A stretch of DNA of 64,000 nt from Bacillota bacterium (GCA_963666425.2 OY762825.2:2272001-2336000), one strand, 5' to 3'; positions 10,165 through 20,518 are shown, counted from the first letter of the stretch. Notes: a model not told the origin generated them from the letters alone. Translations and numbers: made by a program.

Positions 10165-11040
10165 TTGAGAGATTATCACATGCATCTCGAAAAAGGAGAA
10201 TATCGGCAGGAATACTTAAAGGAGTTTGTCGCTGCAGGTGCCAAACGCGGCGTGACCGAGTTGGGCATCAGCGAGCATACCCATCATTTCAAGGAATTTC
10301 AGGAAATCTATTTTCGGCATGTGATCATGGATGATTCGGCGATCGGGAACTATCAAAGAAAGTGGCTGCAGCAGAGCCCCAAGTCTTTTTGTTACACGCT
10401 GGATCAGTACGTATCACTGATTGAAGCCGGTAAGCAGGCGGGACTGCCTTTAAAACTCGGCCTGGAGGTTTGCTATTTTCCCGGCGAAGAGGAAGCGATT
10501 CGCACGATCCTCCAACAATATCCGTTTGATTATTGTATTGGCTCGGTGCATTGGCTGCAGGGCTGGGGATTTGATACCAAAGCGGAACTGTGGCAAGGTA
10601 AAAACGTAAACGAAGTGTATACTATTTATCAGGAAGTTTTACTGCAGGCGATTGAGAGTGATTTGTTTGATGTGATCGGACATGCTTTTTCCTGTAAGGC
10701 TTTTCAGCATTGGCCGCAGGGAATTGCCATGCAGCCCTGGTATGCAAAAATTGCAGCTGCTTTGTTGCAGCATCAGACAGCGCTGGAAATCAACACAGGG
10801 CTGCTTTACCGTTATCCTGCCGCAACAATTTGCCCGCCGTTGGGTTTACTGCAGGCCGCCGCTGATTTAGGCTGTCAGATCAGCTTTGGCTCCGACGCCC
10901 ACCTCAGCAGCGATTGCGGACGTGCTCTGGGGTATGCGGTGCAGCTGGCCAAAGAAGCGCAGATCAGAGAACAAATGAATTTTGAAGGCAGAAAAGGCAA
11001 CCGGGTTTTATTGGAAGCGCTGCCGGTCAATACTCTTTAG
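10165..11040 (+). CDS. PHP-domain histidinol-phosphatase-like (HisJ family) phosphoesterase
   Basis: DYHMH, GISEH, GLEV, IGSVH, EINT, GSDAH; TTG start after AAGGAGG. Confidence 0.85.
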   Translation: MRDYHMHLEKGEYRQEYLKEFVAAGAKRGVTELGISEHTHHFKEFQEIYFRHVIMDDSAIGNYQRKWLQQSPKSFCYTLDQYVSLIEAGKQAGLPLKLGLEVCYFPGEEEAIRTILQQYPFDYCIGSVHWLQGWGFDTKAELWQGKNVNEVYTIYQEVLLQAIESDLFDVIGHAFSCKAFQHWPQGIAMQPWYAKIAAALLQHQTALEINTGLLYRYPAATICPPLGLLQAAADLGCQISFGSDAHLSSDCGRALGYAVQLAKEAQIREQMNFEGRKGNRVLLEALPVNTL

Positions 11041-11155
11041 AGAAATTGCTGTGGCGGTGCAGGAATTATTTCGCATAACGGATAATATAACAAGGAGCCA
11101 TTGCCGAATGAGTCGGCAAGGCTGTTGAACGAAAAGCACAGGAGGTACTTTTAAG

Positions 11156-11590
11156 ATGAGTAAAGCTGTAATTGAAATGGAAAAAGGCGGCAGCATCGAA
11201 ATCGATTTTTTTGATGATGCCGCACCGAACACCGTGAAGAATTTCTGCGATTTAGCCAAAAAAGGATTTTACGACGGCCTGACCTTTCATCGCGTGATCA
11301 AAGGGTTTGTTGCTCAAGGCGGCTGCCCCAATGGCACCGGCACAGGCGGTCCCGGTTACACCATCAAATGTGAGACAGTTGGCAACCCCTATAAACATGC
11401 CCGGGGTCGCTTGTCGATGGCGCATGCGGGTAAGGATACCGGCGGCAGTCAATTCTTCATTTGCTTTGACGCCTTTCCGCACTTGGATGGCGTTCACACC
11501 GTGTTTGGTGAAGTCAGCAAAGGGATGGAAGTTGTTGATGCGCTCAAGCAGGGAGATAAGATGAAAAAGGTCACGGTAACGGCAGAATAG
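11156..11590 (+). CDS. ppiB: Cyclophilin-type peptidyl-prolyl isomerase
   Basis: [47 protein letters not shown]. Confidence 0.93.
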   Translation: MSKAVIEMEKGGSIEIDFFDDAAPNTVKNFCDLAKKGFYDGLTFHRVIKGFVAQGGCPNGTGTGGPGYTIKCETVGNPYKHARGRLSMAHAGKDTGGSQFFICFDAFPHLDGVHTVFGEVSKGMEVVDALKQGDKMKKVTVTAE

Positions 11591-11750
11591 CCTGAGAAAA
11601 TGGCAGAGTAGGGCTTAGCTGCGCTACGAAAAAGGCACTTCAGAGTCGGCAAAAGAGCAAGGGAAACAGGCATAGACTATCTTTTCTGGTCAGAGTGTTT
11701 TCAATGCCGCAAGGCGTTTGAGAAATAGAGTAAGCAAAGGAGTTGTTTTG

Positions 11751-13142
11751 ATGAACGAAATCGCATTAAAGACGATCGAAGCAAGACGCAAAGAATTGAT
11801 TCAAATCAGCGACTACATCTGGGAGAATCCCGAGCCGGCTTATGTGGAATACAAAGCGGTTGCTGCCCTGAAAAAATTTCTGGTGGACGATGGCTTCCGC
11901 TTGCAAGACGAAGTCGCCGGCATGCCCACTGCTTTTATGGCTTCCTGGGGCTCAGGCAAGCCTGTCATCGGTTTTCTGGCCGAATATGATGCTTTACCCG
12001 GGCTCAGCCAAAAAGCCAGCACAGAGCTTGATCCGGTGATTCCTAATGCACCCGGTCAAGGCTGCGGCCATAATTTGCTGGGCGTAGCCACCTTGGGTGC
12101 TGTGATCGGCTTAAAGCAAGAGATGATTGAAAATCATCTGCCCGGCACGATCATCTTCTATGGCTGCCCTGCCGAAGAAGTACTGACCGGAAAAACTTTC
12201 ATGGCACGCGGCGGTGTCTTTGATGGTCTTGACTTGGCTTTGGCCTATCATCCCGGCCGTGGCAACAATGTCGGTTTGGATAGCTCCAATGGTCTCAATT
12301 CTGCCGTCTTTCACTTCAGAGGCCGCACTGCCCATGCCGGCGGTGATCCGCATAACGGCCGCAGTGCGCTCGATGCCGTGGAATTAATGAATGTCGGCGC
12401 TAATTATTTAAGAGAACATGTCACCACAGACGTGAGAATCCACTATGTCATCAAAGAAGGCGGCATGGCGCCCAATATTGTGCCGGATAAGGCCTCCGTT
12501 TGGTATTATGTCCGTGGTCCGAAACGCAGTGTGATTGATGAAGTCTATGCACGGCTGATCAAAGTGGCCAAAGGCGCTGCGATGATGACCGAAACGGAAA
12601 TGGAAATCGAATTCCTGGGCGGCTGTCATAATACGATGCCAAACAAGGTGCTGGCCAATGTCTTGTATGACAGCATGAAAGCAATTCCGCCGGAAACCTG
12701 GACTGCGGAAGAATTGGCTTTTGCCAAACGTCTCAATGACCAGCAGCCGGTCCAGTATCCCGCCGCCTTGAAACAGATGAATCTGCCGGAAGGTACAGAG
12801 ATCGCCGCCGGCGTCAGTCCCATGATTGCCACCGGAAGAATCGGCGGCGGTTCTACCGACGTTGGTGACGTGGAACATATCGTGCCCTGCGCTTCGTTCG
12901 GCACTGCCACCGATAATCTGGGTGCTCCCGGTCATAGTTGGCAGATCACTTCCTGCTCCGGTATGAGCATCGGTCATAAAGGTATGATCTATGCCGCTAA
13001 AATAATGGCGGATGCGGCTGGCAACCTGCTGCGTGATCCGGAAACCGTCGCCAAAGCCAAAGCGGAATTCCTGGAAGCAACCGGCGGTAAGCCCTATCAA
13101 TGCCCGATTCCACCGGAAGTAAAAGCTCCCGGTCAGAAATAA
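11751..13142 (+). CDS. M20 amidohydrolase, AbgB-like
   Basis: EYDALPGLSQ, GCGHNLLG, GCPAEE, GRSALDAVELMN, GSTDVGDV, HSWQ. Confidence 0.88.
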   Translation: MNEIALKTIEARRKELIQISDYIWENPEPAYVEYKAVAALKKFLVDDGFRLQDEVAGMPTAFMASWGSGKPVIGFLAEYDALPGLSQKASTELDPVIPNAPGQGCGHNLLGVATLGAVIGLKQEMIENHLPGTIIFYGCPAEEVLTGKTFMARGGVFDGLDLALAYHPGRGNNVGLDSSNGLNSAVFHFRGRTAHAGGDPHNGRSALDAVELMNVGANYLREHVTTDVRIHYVIKEGGMAPNIVPDKASVWYYVRGPKRSVIDEVYARLIKVAKGAAMMTETEMEIEFLGGCHNTMPNKVLANVLYDSMKAIPPETWTAEELAFAKRLNDQQPVQYPAALKQMNLPEGTEIAAGVSPMIATGRIGGGSTDVGDVEHIVPCASFGTATDNLGAPGHSWQITSCSGMSIGHKGMIYAAKIMADAAGNLLRDPETVAKAKAEFLEATGGKPYQCPIPPEVKAPGQK

Positions 13143-13170
13143 TAGAATAACCTCAGCATGACCTAAGTAA

Positions 13171-13240
13171 TGAACTGCTCCCCATCGTGTAGTCTCGAAT
13201 CTTTTTAACTTCGAGTGTCTACCCTATGGGGAGCAGTTTC
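13171..13240. mobile_element. Miniature inverted-repeat element (about 70 bp) with IS3/IS150-like ends
   Basis: TGAACTGCTCCCCAT...ATGGGGAGCAGTT 13-bp terminal inverted repeat, plus inner GTAG/CTAC and CTCGAA/TTCGAG pairing. Confidence 0.55.
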
Positions 13241-13298
13241 GTTTGGCCATGTTGAGGCTTTTTTGCGGAATAAGCAGGAGAGCAGTTTTTCTAGTGGT

Positions 13299-13982
13299 TT
13301 AAATAATGAATTGGTAAATCAAGATAAAATGGCAGATGCTGCCGAGCAGAATAAAAACATGAAACACTTCATGAAAACCAAAACGGGGATGATCGCGGCC
13401 GGGCCATTTGAGCGCGTAAAGCACCCCGCCAAACGTGTAGAGGAGTCCGCCGCTGAATAACCAACCGAGGGCTGGCAAAGACAAGGTTTTCAGTAAGGGA
13501 CCGATCACGAAAATCGCCAGCCAACCCATAGCGATATAGATAGCAGAAGCAAGCCAACGCGGCATGCCGATCCAGAAAATACTGAGGACAGTACCGCCCA
13601 GCGCAATCAGCCAAACCACGGCGAAAAGCAGCTTACCACCGCTATTGGCCAGAGAAATTAAGCAGATGGGGGTGTAAGTGCCGGCAATCAGACAATAAAT
13701 CATGCTATGATCCAGTTTCCGCAAGGCCAGACGCCCGGGAATCCCTGTTCGCAAACTATGATACACCGTGCTTGCGGTATAAAGGCAGACAGCGGAGGTG
13801 CCGTATATCAGCAAAGCCAGCAAGGTCTGCAGCGGCAGCGACAGGCGCTGTGCTTTTTGCAGCAGCAGCAGTGTGCCAACAAAAGCGAGTCCCCCTCCAA
13901 TCCCGTGTGTCAATGCGGAGTAAAAACGCAAACCAATGTAAGGATCGCGTGCCGCTTCTCGAAATTGCTTTTTCAATGTCAT
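13299..13982 (-). CDS. Hemolysin III / PAQR family membrane protein
   Basis: SALTHG, STVYH, LDHSMIYCLIAGTYTP, FHEVFHVFILLGSICH. Confidence 0.92.
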   Translation of the reverse strand: MTLKKQFREAARDPYIGLRFYSALTHGIGGGLAFVGTLLLLQKAQRLSLPLQTLLALLIYGTSAVCLYTASTVYHSLRTGIPGRLALRKLDHSMIYCLIAGTYTPICLISLANSGGKLLFAVVWLIALGGTVLSIFWIGMPRWLASAIYIAMGWLAIFVIGPLLKTLSLPALGWLFSGGLLYTFGGVLYALKWPGRDHPRFGFHEVFHVFILLGSICHFILIYQFII

Positions 13983-14116
13983 AACCCCTCTCGAACCAAC
14001 AACCAAATTTATAGTGATCTGCTTTTAGCAACTAAAAACAAAGTATACCACAAGCAGAGCGGGCCTGCAATCAAACGGTTTCGATAATATTTTCTGGTAG
14101 AAAAGATCAGATTTGC

Positions 14117-14145
14117 TTGACATGCTGTTGGATTGGCATTATAAT
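14117..14145 (+). promoter_or_regulatory. Consensus sigma-A promoter
   Basis: TTGACA-17 nt-TATAAT. Confidence 0.8.
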
Positions 14146-14298
14146 GGTCGTAAAATTGATAATTCATCCATATTAGGTAAAATATTCTTTAGCGGATTTA
14201 TAGGAAACGAAATAAGGTGAATCCTATGTAAGCTGAACCGTGCCAAAGAGTTGTACCCTGCCTATGGAAACCTACCAAATGAAATGGAGGGGATTATC

Positions 14299-15141
14299 AT
14301 GCCTTGGTATCAAAGACTCATGAAAATCGATCAGCGTATCTTATACCTAACGATGTTTCTGGGAATTGCCGGAGTCATGTTTTTTCCGATCGGCTTACCG
14401 GTACCTGCGGAAGAATCTACGCTGGCCAGCTGGGATTACATCAATGCTCTACCGGCGGATAGCGTCGTACTCTATTCCTTTGATACGAGTGCTTCTGCCA
14501 TGACAGAAACAAAACCACCTGCGGAAGTGCTTCTGCGCCGTTCTTTTGAATTGGGACATAAAGTGGTAATGATTTCCACCACAGCGGATTCCAACAGCCT
14601 TTCCTCGCTTTGGATTGATCCCATCATAGAAGAGTTGGGGAAAGTTTATGGTAAAGATGTTGTGCATTTGGGATTCATTGTGAACTGGCAATCGTTTATG
14701 GAACAATCAAGAACAGATCTTTCCGGTGCTTTGGGCGGTATCGACAAATATGGCACGAAATTGTCGGAGCTTCCGATGATGAAAACAATCACCAAAGCAA
14801 CTGATTTTGCTTGTGTGTTTTCTTTTTATGGAACCGACCCCGGGCCGAACGGTTGGATCAATATGTGGAATGCAACGGAGGGTATTGATGTACTCACAGC
14901 TTGTACAGCGGTTTCTACACCGGTGTGCTACAATTACTATCAATCCGGCTTATTGAAAGGAGTCGTAGGTGGGATTGGTGGTGCTGCTTATTTGGAGATG
15001 CTGGCAGGACGCCCGGCTTCGGCTGTTTCCGCTATGGATGCGCAATCGCTCGGTCATATCATTATCATAGCTTTTTTGATTCTTGGTAATCTCAGCTATT
15101 TTATCAACAGGCATTATGAAAAAAGAAAAGTTACCAAGTGA
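14299..15141 (+). CDS. Conserved hypothetical membrane-anchored protein (N- and C-terminal TM; MDAQSLGH motif)
   Basis: GGAGGGG RBS; IDQRILYL-TM-PIGLP, alpha/beta middle domain, YYQSGLLKGVVGGIGGAAYLE, MDAQSLGHIIIIAFLILGN. Confidence 0.7.
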   Translation: MPWYQRLMKIDQRILYLTMFLGIAGVMFFPIGLPVPAEESTLASWDYINALPADSVVLYSFDTSASAMTETKPPAEVLLRRSFELGHKVVMISTTADSNSLSSLWIDPIIEELGKVYGKDVVHLGFIVNWQSFMEQSRTDLSGALGGIDKYGTKLSELPMMKTITKATDFACVFSFYGTDPGPNGWINMWNATEGIDVLTACTAVSTPVCYNYYQSGLLKGVVGGIGGAAYLEMLAGRPASAVSAMDAQSLGHIIIIAFLILGNLSYFINRHYEKRKVTK

Positions 15142-15190
15142 GAAATCGAATCACTGATCTATTTGAATCGATTCATCGAAGCAAACAAAC

Positions 15191-15247
15191 CTGTTCCAAC
15201 CTCTGCCGCTTGAAGATCGCGCCGGCAGAGGTTGGGGCAGGCTTTTC
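15191..15247 (+). terminator. Hairpin terminator after the 14299 gene
   Basis: CCAACCTCTGCCG / CGGCAGAGGTTGG 13-bp stem followed by a short T run. Confidence 0.6.
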
Positions 15248-15287
15248 TATGGGCAGCAGCGGCGGTAGCGCTGCAATAGCAGCTAAG

Positions 15288-15320
15288 TCTCTCTCTTTGT
15301 GGCGACCACAAAGAGAGAGA
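15288..15320. repeat. Perfect 15-bp hairpin downstream of trkA
   Basis: TCTCTCTCTTTGTGG-CGA-CCACAAAGAGAGAGA. Confidence 0.75.
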
Positions 15321-15341
15321 GCGTGCCCTGCTTTGAGTTTC

Positions 15342-15992
15342 TCAATTTTTCTGCAGCAGCTTGAGCAAATCTCCTTTACTGCCGCCAACCACCAAATGCT
15401 CCTCCTGAATTAAAATAGAATCCGGATCGGTCATTGGTGTCATTTGGCCGTTGCGTTTCATGCCGATGATGTTGATATGATGAGCAGTGCGCACATTCAA
15501 CGAGCGGATGCTCTTGCCAACCCAGTTTTCCGGTACCGCAACTTCTAAGATAGCATATTCCGGGGTCAGCTCAAAGTATTCAAAAGCATTGGCAATACTG
15601 TATTTGATGGCGGTGCGCTGTGCCATATCTCTTTCGGGATAGATGACATCATCCGCTCCGATTTTGCGTAAAAATTTCGCCTGAATCTCCCGGTCTGTTT
15701 TGGAGATGACATAGCGGGCACCGATTTCTTTCAGCAAAGAAGTAATCTCCAGGGAGGATTGGAAATTATCGCTGATGCAGACAAAACAGATATCAAAACT
15801 AGCGACATCAAGCGCTTGCAGTACCTCAATTTCCATACAGTCACCAATCTGGGCTCTGGTGACAAAAGGAGCGATTTTGTTCACCAGCTCCTCATCGATA
15901 TCGACTGCCATTACCTCATTGCCCAATTCGGCCAATTTGCGGGCTAGATTGCTGCCGAAATGACCAAGTCCAATTACCAGCATTGGTCTCAT
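15342..15992 (-). CDS. trkA: Trk/Ktr K+ uptake regulatory (RCK) subunit
   Basis: VIGLGHFG Rossmann motif, GADDVIYPERDMA, TrkA-C domain; AGGAGG RBS. Confidence 0.92.
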   Translation of the reverse strand: MRPMLVIGLGHFGSNLARKLAELGNEVMAVDIDEELVNKIAPFVTRAQIGDCMEIEVLQALDVASFDICFVCISDNFQSSLEITSLLKEIGARYVISKTDREIQAKFLRKIGADDVIYPERDMAQRTAIKYSIANAFEYFELTPEYAILEVAVPENWVGKSIRSLNVRTAHHINIIGMKRNGQMTPMTDPDSILIQEEHLVVGGSKGDLLKLLQKN

Positions 15993-16002
15993 GCGAATCC
16001 TC

Positions 16003-17340
16003 CTATCCAACGATGATTTTATCTTCCGGGTTTCTTAAGGGGTTAACGTTGCGGTGTTCCGTAGCGGCCAAAAAAATAGTTAAGCTGCCGACGCGGCCGG
16101 CATACATTAGCAGAAGGATGATCAGTTTTGAGAAGGGGAGCAGTGTACGGGTAATCCCTGTACTGAGTCCTACCGTGCCGATCGCAGAAAATGTTTCAAA
16201 CAGCGTATCTTTGAGTGTCAGATTTTGAGTCGCTAAAATCAACAAACTAGCCGAGCTCAATAAGATAAAGTAAAAAGCAGTACTGAGGAAGGCTCTTTTG
16301 ACAAGATTTGCTTCCAGACGGCGATGAAAGATTTCAACATCTTCCCGTCGCTGCAGATTTGCCCAAACAGCCAATAAAATCACAACAAACGTGGTAATCT
16401 TGATGCCGCCGCCGGTAGAGCCGGGAGCGGCGCCGATCGCCATCAGCAACATGGTGAGCAAAGATCCACCCTGGCTGAGCGCAGTGAGGTCGACCGTGTT
16501 GAAGCCTGCCGTTCTTGGAGTGACAGCCTGGAACAGAGCGGCGAGCAGTTTGCCTCCGCTGCTGAGGCCGGCGAAAGCCGCATCCCTTTCCAAAAAATAA
16601 AATAAAGCCGCAGAAACAAATAAAACGATGCCGGTAGAGACGAGAGTGACCTTGGTATGCAGCAGATACCTGGTGAAATGCCAGCGATTTTTCAACAGAT
16701 CGTCCCAGATCACAAAACCGATGCCGCCGATGATGATCAAACTAATGATGGTCAGGTTAACAAGAGGATCATTCACAAAGGGAATGAGAGAAGTGAATGG
16801 CTGGATGGAACCCATCAGATCAAAACCGGCATTGCAAAAGGCAGAAACGGAATGGAAGACACTAAACCAGATGCCATCAGCCAGACCAAAGCGCGGCCAA
16901 AACCGGCTGAAGAGCAGAATTGCACCCAGACTTTCAAAAAAAAGGGTGCCGAGCAGAATGTGTTTGGCTAATCTGACGATACCGCCCAGCTGCGAAGCGC
17001 TGACGGCTTCCATTAAATAACCGCGTTCCGTTAATCCGATTCGTTTGCCCAAAGCCATGGCAAAGAGAATGGCAAAAGTCATAAAGCCGAGTCCGCCGAT
17101 TTGAATCAGCAATAGGATGATCGCCTGACCAAACAGACTGAATTGCGTCCAGGTATCATAAACAACCAAACCCGTGACACAAGTGGCGGAGGTGGCGGTG
17201 AAGAGTGCGTTGAGGAAGGGAATGGATGCTCCATTCCTGCTGGACAGCGGCAGCATTAGTAACAAAGCGCCGCTGAGAATAATCAGGGCAAAACCGGCAG
17301 CTAAGATTTGCCTTGCGCTGAATCGCGCTTTGGATATCAT
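16003..17340 (-). CDS. trkH: Trk/Ktr K+ uptake membrane subunit
   Basis: SATCVTGL, SAFCNAGF, PRTAGF, SAIGTVGLS pore motifs. Confidence 0.95.
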   Translation of the reverse strand: MISKARFSARQILAAGFALIILSGALLLMLPLSSRNGASIPFLNALFTATSATCVTGLVVYDTWTQFSLFGQAIILLLIQIGGLGFMTFAILFAMALGKRIGLTERGYLMEAVSASQLGGIVRLAKHILLGTLFFESLGAILLFSRFWPRFGLADGIWFSVFHSVSAFCNAGFDLMGSIQPFTSLIPFVNDPLVNLTIISLIIIGGIGFVIWDDLLKNRWHFTRYLLHTKVTLVSTGIVLFVSAALFYFLERDAAFAGLSSGGKLLAALFQAVTPRTAGFNTVDLTALSQGGSLLTMLLMAIGAAPGSTGGGIKITTFVVILLAVWANLQRREDVEIFHRRLEANLVKRAFLSTAFYFILLSSASLLILATQNLTLKDTLFETFSAIGTVGLSTGITRTLLPFSKLIILLLMYAGRVGSLTIFLAATEHRNVNPLRNPEDKIIVG

Positions 17341-17371
17341 AGCAGTTCGTTCCTTTCTGGATCAGCAGGTT

Positions 17372-18286
17372 TCATTCGAGGTCGAATAAGGTTGGCTGCT
17401 TTTGCTGATCGTTCTGCCGATATGCGGCGATGATTTGCGGCATTTGATAGAGAATACCAAGCCGGTCACATTCTTTGGCAAAAAGAGCAAAGAGCAGACG
17501 AGCCTTCGGACTGTCACAGCGATAGCGATCGCCATACAGACTTTGGTAACGTCGACTTAAGCCCGGAAAACGGTCATCCAATTGCCGGTAATAGTATTCT
17601 CTCTGGTTGCTCCGTAAGGTCACGCCAAAACCGGGGTAGATGAATTTAGCGCCGCAGTCTGCGGCGCGATGTACAATGCCAAGTACATTTTCTGCCGTAT
17701 CTTCGAGAAAAGGTAAAATCGGCATCATCAGGATGCCGCTGAAAAGGCCGGCATCCGTCAACTGCTTGATGGCGGCAAAGCGGGCAGAAGAAGCAGCAAC
17801 ATGAGGTTCCACCTGTAGGCTGAGCGCATCCTCCGCAGCCGTGACGGTCAGTTTGCAGAGGACGGGGGAGTGCTGACTGATCTGCTGCAGCAGATCAATG
17901 TCACGCGTGATCAGGGGGCTTTTCGTGCAGATACCGATCCCGAATCGATACTGATTAATGCACTGCAAAGCCTGACGGGTCAGACGGTGGCTTGCTTCAA
18001 AGGGATTATACGGATCACTCATCGCACCGGTGCCGATCACACCGCTGCGCCGCTTACAAGCCAGGTTAGCGGCCAGAATAGCAATGGCATTTGCTTTGGC
18101 TCGAACCGTATCGAAGTGCTCTACATGGTAACAGTCACTGCGGCTGTCACAATAAATGCAGCCATGACAGCAGCCTTTGTAAAGGTTCATATTATAATTA
18201 TAACCAAACCACAAACTGCCGTCGGTTTCGGCGTAAGCGGAGAGAATATTTTTGGCTGGTATCAACGGCAGATTCCCATTTTCCAT
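17372..18286 (-). CDS. Radical SAM protein, spore-photoproduct-lyase-like (SPL) family
   Basis: NLYKGCCHGCIYCD (CxxxCxxC), GAMSDPYNPFE, TKS, MPILPF. Confidence 0.85.
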   Translation of the reverse strand: MENGNLPLIPAKNILSAYAETDGSLWFGYNYNMNLYKGCCHGCIYCDSRSDCYHVEHFDTVRAKANAIAILAANLACKRRSGVIGTGAMSDPYNPFEASHRLTRQALQCINQYRFGIGICTKSPLITRDIDLLQQISQHSPVLCKLTVTAAEDALSLQVEPHVAASSARFAAIKQLTDAGLFSGILMMPILPFLEDTAENVLGIVHRAADCGAKFIYPGFGVTLRSNQREYYYRQLDDRFPGLSRRYQSLYGDRYRCDSPKARLLFALFAKECDRLGILYQMPQIIAAYRQNDQQKQPTLFDLE

Positions 18287-18337
18287 GCTGCTTCCTCACA
18301 TCAATTTCAGCGTTGCTCTCGGTTCAGAGTCCTCTGT

Positions 18338-20518
18338 TCAGGGTTGTGGTTCCCCTTCGTTTGGCGCTTCCGCTGTAAAAGGGACTTTAAAACTGATTTT
18401 TCGCACCGTATCCAACAGATCAAACTGGATAACATAAGCCGCGAGATCACGGTCAATCCCGATCACTTCACCGGCGCCCATGATGCTGTGTACGATGCGG
18501 TCACCCGCCTGAAAAGCAAGATCGCTGTTTTTCGCCTGCAGCCGATTTTCGCTGTTACTGATTTGCCAAGTGGCATCTTTGATCAGACTGTCATCGAGTT
18601 CATGCGTATAGACCAGCAGAGATTTATCAATATTCAGCAGAAAACGCGACGGATAGCGGTATGAACCATCCAAATTGCTGCCTTCGGAATCGGTCAGGAA
18701 CAACGCTTTTTCCGCGCGGGTGATGGCGACAAAAGCCAAGCGGCGCTCTTCTTCCATGGCTTCCGGCGTAGAGGTTTTTTTGGACGGGAAGACCCCTTCC
18801 TCCAGGCCGCAGAGAAAGACATAAGGAAATTCGAGCCCTTTGGCCGTGTGTACGGTCATCAGTTTAACCGTGTTTTTACCGGTCACTGCGTCGGTATTGG
18901 TCAGCATGGCAACATGGGACAGATAGTGTTCCAGGGTGCTTTCTTCGCCGCAGGTGACCTCGTAATCATAGACCGATTGCTTCAGTTCCGCCAGATTATC
19001 CAAACGTTCCTGATTGCCTTCGGTGCGCAGCATGGTTTCATAGCCGCTTTGATCCAGCACATCGCTCAGCAAGACCGAGATCGCTGTCGTTTGATAACGA
19101 TCCGCAAAGTGTTCGACGAGTGAGAGCAGGTGCTTCGCTTTGGTGTTTTTAAAAATCTCCTCCTCAATACTGTCTTCCAGCGCGGCATAGAGAGAACAGT
19201 GGTTTTTTTCTGCATAATTCTGCAGAAATTTCATCCGGCGTTCCCCAATGTTGCGCTTCGGCAGATTAGCAACCCGGCGAAAGGAGAGGTCATCCTTAAA
19301 AACGATCAGGCGTAAATAAGCCAGGGTATCTTTGATTTCCATACGGCCAAAAAATTGGACGCCGCTGAAGATCGTATAAGGCAGTTCCTCTTTGAGAAAC
19401 ACTTCCTCCAAAGTGCGGGTCAGGAAATGAGCGCGGTAGAGAATGGTGATTTCATGCAAAGACGCACCCTGGTCGACCAACTGTTTGATCTGAGCCACGA
19501 TCCAGTGTGCCTCCAATTGTGCTGTTTTGGCATGATGGTAAATTACCGCAGCACCGGCAGGCAGGGTAGCGATCAGGTCTTTTTTGATCCTGGTTTGATT
19601 CTTGCCGATCAAAGAATTGGCAACAGCAATGATCTCTGGGGTGGAACGATAATTCTGCATCATCATAATCGTTTCTACATGGGGGAACTGGCGGTCGAAA
19701 TCGAGCAGCAGCTGCACATTGGCTCCCCGCCAGGTATAAATCGTCTGATCCGGATCACCGACAATAAAAAGATTTTTATGAAAGCCGCAGAGTACTTTCA
19801 TCAGACGGTACTGCAGGTCATCGATGTCCTGATATTCATCGATCATAATATATTCCAGCCGCTGCTGCCATTTTAAGCGGATTTCCTCATTGGTGTCAAA
19901 AATAAAAAGCGTATATTTAATCAGATCGTTGTAATCAAGCCCGAAGCATTTCTTTTCCTGATAGAGATAGCCATAAAAGATGATTTCAAAGGTTTCGGTG
20001 GCCTCCAGATATTTTTGATGCAGCTGATCAATCGACATGGCAATCATGGCCTCATAATAGTCCGGTTCTCGCAAGATTTTCCGGATCTCAATCAATTCAC
20101 GCGCGCGGGAAAAGGTCATATGGCGCAGCGTCAGATTGCGTTCTTCATAAATGATCTTCAGCATATCATCGATATCCGAATTATCCAGCACCAAAAAACT
20201 TTTAGGGTACGATACCGCATTGCTGTCTTCCTGCAGCACCGAGACACAAAAACTGTGGAAAGTACTGATGTAACCGGTATCGCTGTCACCGGTCAGCAAG
20301 CGGATGCGCTGCTTCATTTCATTGGCTGATTTGTTGGTGAAGGTAACGCAGAGGATATGGGAGGGCATGATCCCGATTTCATTGACTAAATAAGCAAAGC
20401 GGTGCGACAGAGCCCGTGTTTTACCGGAACCGGCGCCGGCAATCACCCGAATAAAGCCTTCGGTTGCAGTGACCGCCTGCAATTGCTGTTGATTGAGGTT
20501 TTTCAAAATATCACTCAT
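18338..20518 (-). CDS. UvrD/PcrA-family SF1 DNA helicase
   Basis: AGAGSGKT, TFTNKSA, IDEYQD, VGDPDQTIY, QNYRS, TVHTAKGLEF, EEERRLAFVAITRA. Confidence 0.93.
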   Translation of the reverse strand: MSDILKNLNQQQLQAVTATEGFIRVIAGAGSGKTRALSHRFAYLVNEIGIMPSHILCVTFTNKSANEMKQRIRLLTGDSDTGYISTFHSFCVSVLQEDSNAVSYPKSFLVLDNSDIDDMLKIIYEERNLTLRHMTFSRARELIEIRKILREPDYYEAMIAMSIDQLHQKYLEATETFEIIFYGYLYQEKKCFGLDYNDLIKYTLFIFDTNEEIRLKWQQRLEYIMIDEYQDIDDLQYRLMKVLCGFHKNLFIVGDPDQTIYTWRGANVQLLLDFDRQFPHVETIMMMQNYRSTPEIIAVANSLIGKNQTRIKKDLIATLPAGAAVIYHHAKTAQLEAHWIVAQIKQLVDQGASLHEITILYRAHFLTRTLEEVFLKEELPYTIFSGVQFFGRMEIKDTLAYLRLIVFKDDLSFRRVANLPKRNIGERRMKFLQNYAEKNHCSLYAALEDSIEEEIFKNTKAKHLLSLVEHFADRYQTTAISVLLSDVLDQSGYETMLRTEGNQERLDNLAELKQSVYDYEVTCGEESTLEHYLSHVAMLTNTDAVTGKNTVKLMTVHTAKGLEFPYVFLCGLEEGVFPSKKTSTPEAMEEERRLAFVAITRAEKALFLTDSEGSNLDGSYRYPSRFLLNIDKSLLVYTHELDDSLIKDATWQISNSENRLQAKNSDLAFQAGDRIVHSIMGAGEVIGIDRDLAAYVIQFDLLDTVRKISFKVPFTAEAPNEGEPQP

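Noticed and set aside
14150-14298. Riboswitch in the long leader of the 14299 gene
   Set aside because: Only a short ATAGGA/TCCTAT stem; no family consensus or terminator that I can support
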